From Thermoanaerobaculia bacterium (lineage in GTDB: Bacteria; Acidobacteriota; Thermoanaerobaculia; Multivoradales; JAHEKO01): 64,000 nt of DNA. Each line of letters begins with the position of its first letter. The stretch's first letter is position 1. The position numbers were made by a program, and so were the translations under genes. Shown here piece after piece: positions 63,602 to 64,000 of this stretch. The DNA lies in assembly GCA_947259925.1 (NCBI GenBank), contig CAMYOG010000017.1, forward strand, positions 441 to 64,440, written 5' to 3'. Under the pieces are notes generated by a model. The model did not search any database, was not told the DNA's origin, and saw nothing but the letters and a program-made list of their open reading frames with translations.

Positions 63602-64000
63602 CTAGGTGTAGACGTCCACGATCAGCGGACCGGGGAAGGGCGTTCTCGAGACGGCGACGTTGACGATCTGATCCGCCTCGAGCCGCATCGCCGCGGACCG
63701 AGGCATGAAGGAGTTCGTAGCCTTCACCTCGACGCCCTGGACCACGTAGACGAAGTCGACCGACAGGAGGCCACGCCAGGTGAGCCGGGTCTCGACGATC
63801 CGACCCGGGACCTGGGGCGCCAAGCGTAGGGCCCGACGGATCGAGAGCGCCCAGATCAGCGCCGCGGGCCAGAGGACCGCGACCGGCGCCACCAGCGCGA
63901 CCAGGAGCGAGCGCCCGGACGGCGCGCCCCAGACCGCCAGCAAGGTGCCGACCGTGATCAGCATCACCAGACCACCACCGGCCAGAAAGCCGACGTTGCC
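63602..64000 (-). CDS. Hypothetical membrane protein, 5' end likely outside the window
   Basis: Frame remains open to the window edge; TM helices followed by a beta-rich tail. Confidence 0.55.
   Translation of the reverse strand, partial: GNVGFLAGGGLVMLITVGTLLAVWGAPSGRSLLVALVAPVAVLWPAALIWALSIRRALRLAPQVPGRIVETRLTWRGLLSVDFVYVVQGVEVKATNSFMPRSAAMRLEADQIVNVAVSRTPFPGPLIVDVYT

Overview
High-GC bacterial chromosomal window. Gene content and style suggest Acidobacteriota, possibly Thermoanaerobaculia (inference, not verified). The first ~2.8 kb is a lower-GC, IS3-rich segment abutting the 3' end of tRNA-Ser(TGA), probably the edge of an integrated island. Next come an ECF sigma/short anti-sigma pair and a divergent membrane-anchored wHTH-TPR regulator. 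The rest is mostly minus-strand core and accessory genes: serS, pdxA, an Hfq-like gene coupled to a RicT/PSP1 gene, purD, ispH, an MbnH-like di-heme protein, trmH, chrA, msrA, lpxA, many small enzymes and transporters, aceE-aceF-lpdA, a Ser/Thr kinase, sodC, an M14 peptidase, an Fpg/Nei-like gene, pepF, an Rrf2-sufBCDSU operon, vapBC, acs and a SMUG1-type glycosylase. The most striking unexplained signal is a family of GGGGAGGGC(T/C)CTCCCC-core palindromic repeats sitting in frame inside unrelated proteins (LpdA, AceF, M14 peptidase) in both orientations. There are also three other REP-like intergenic palindrome types, several leaderless-looking promoters (one apparently starting at ATC), and clear operator palindromes.
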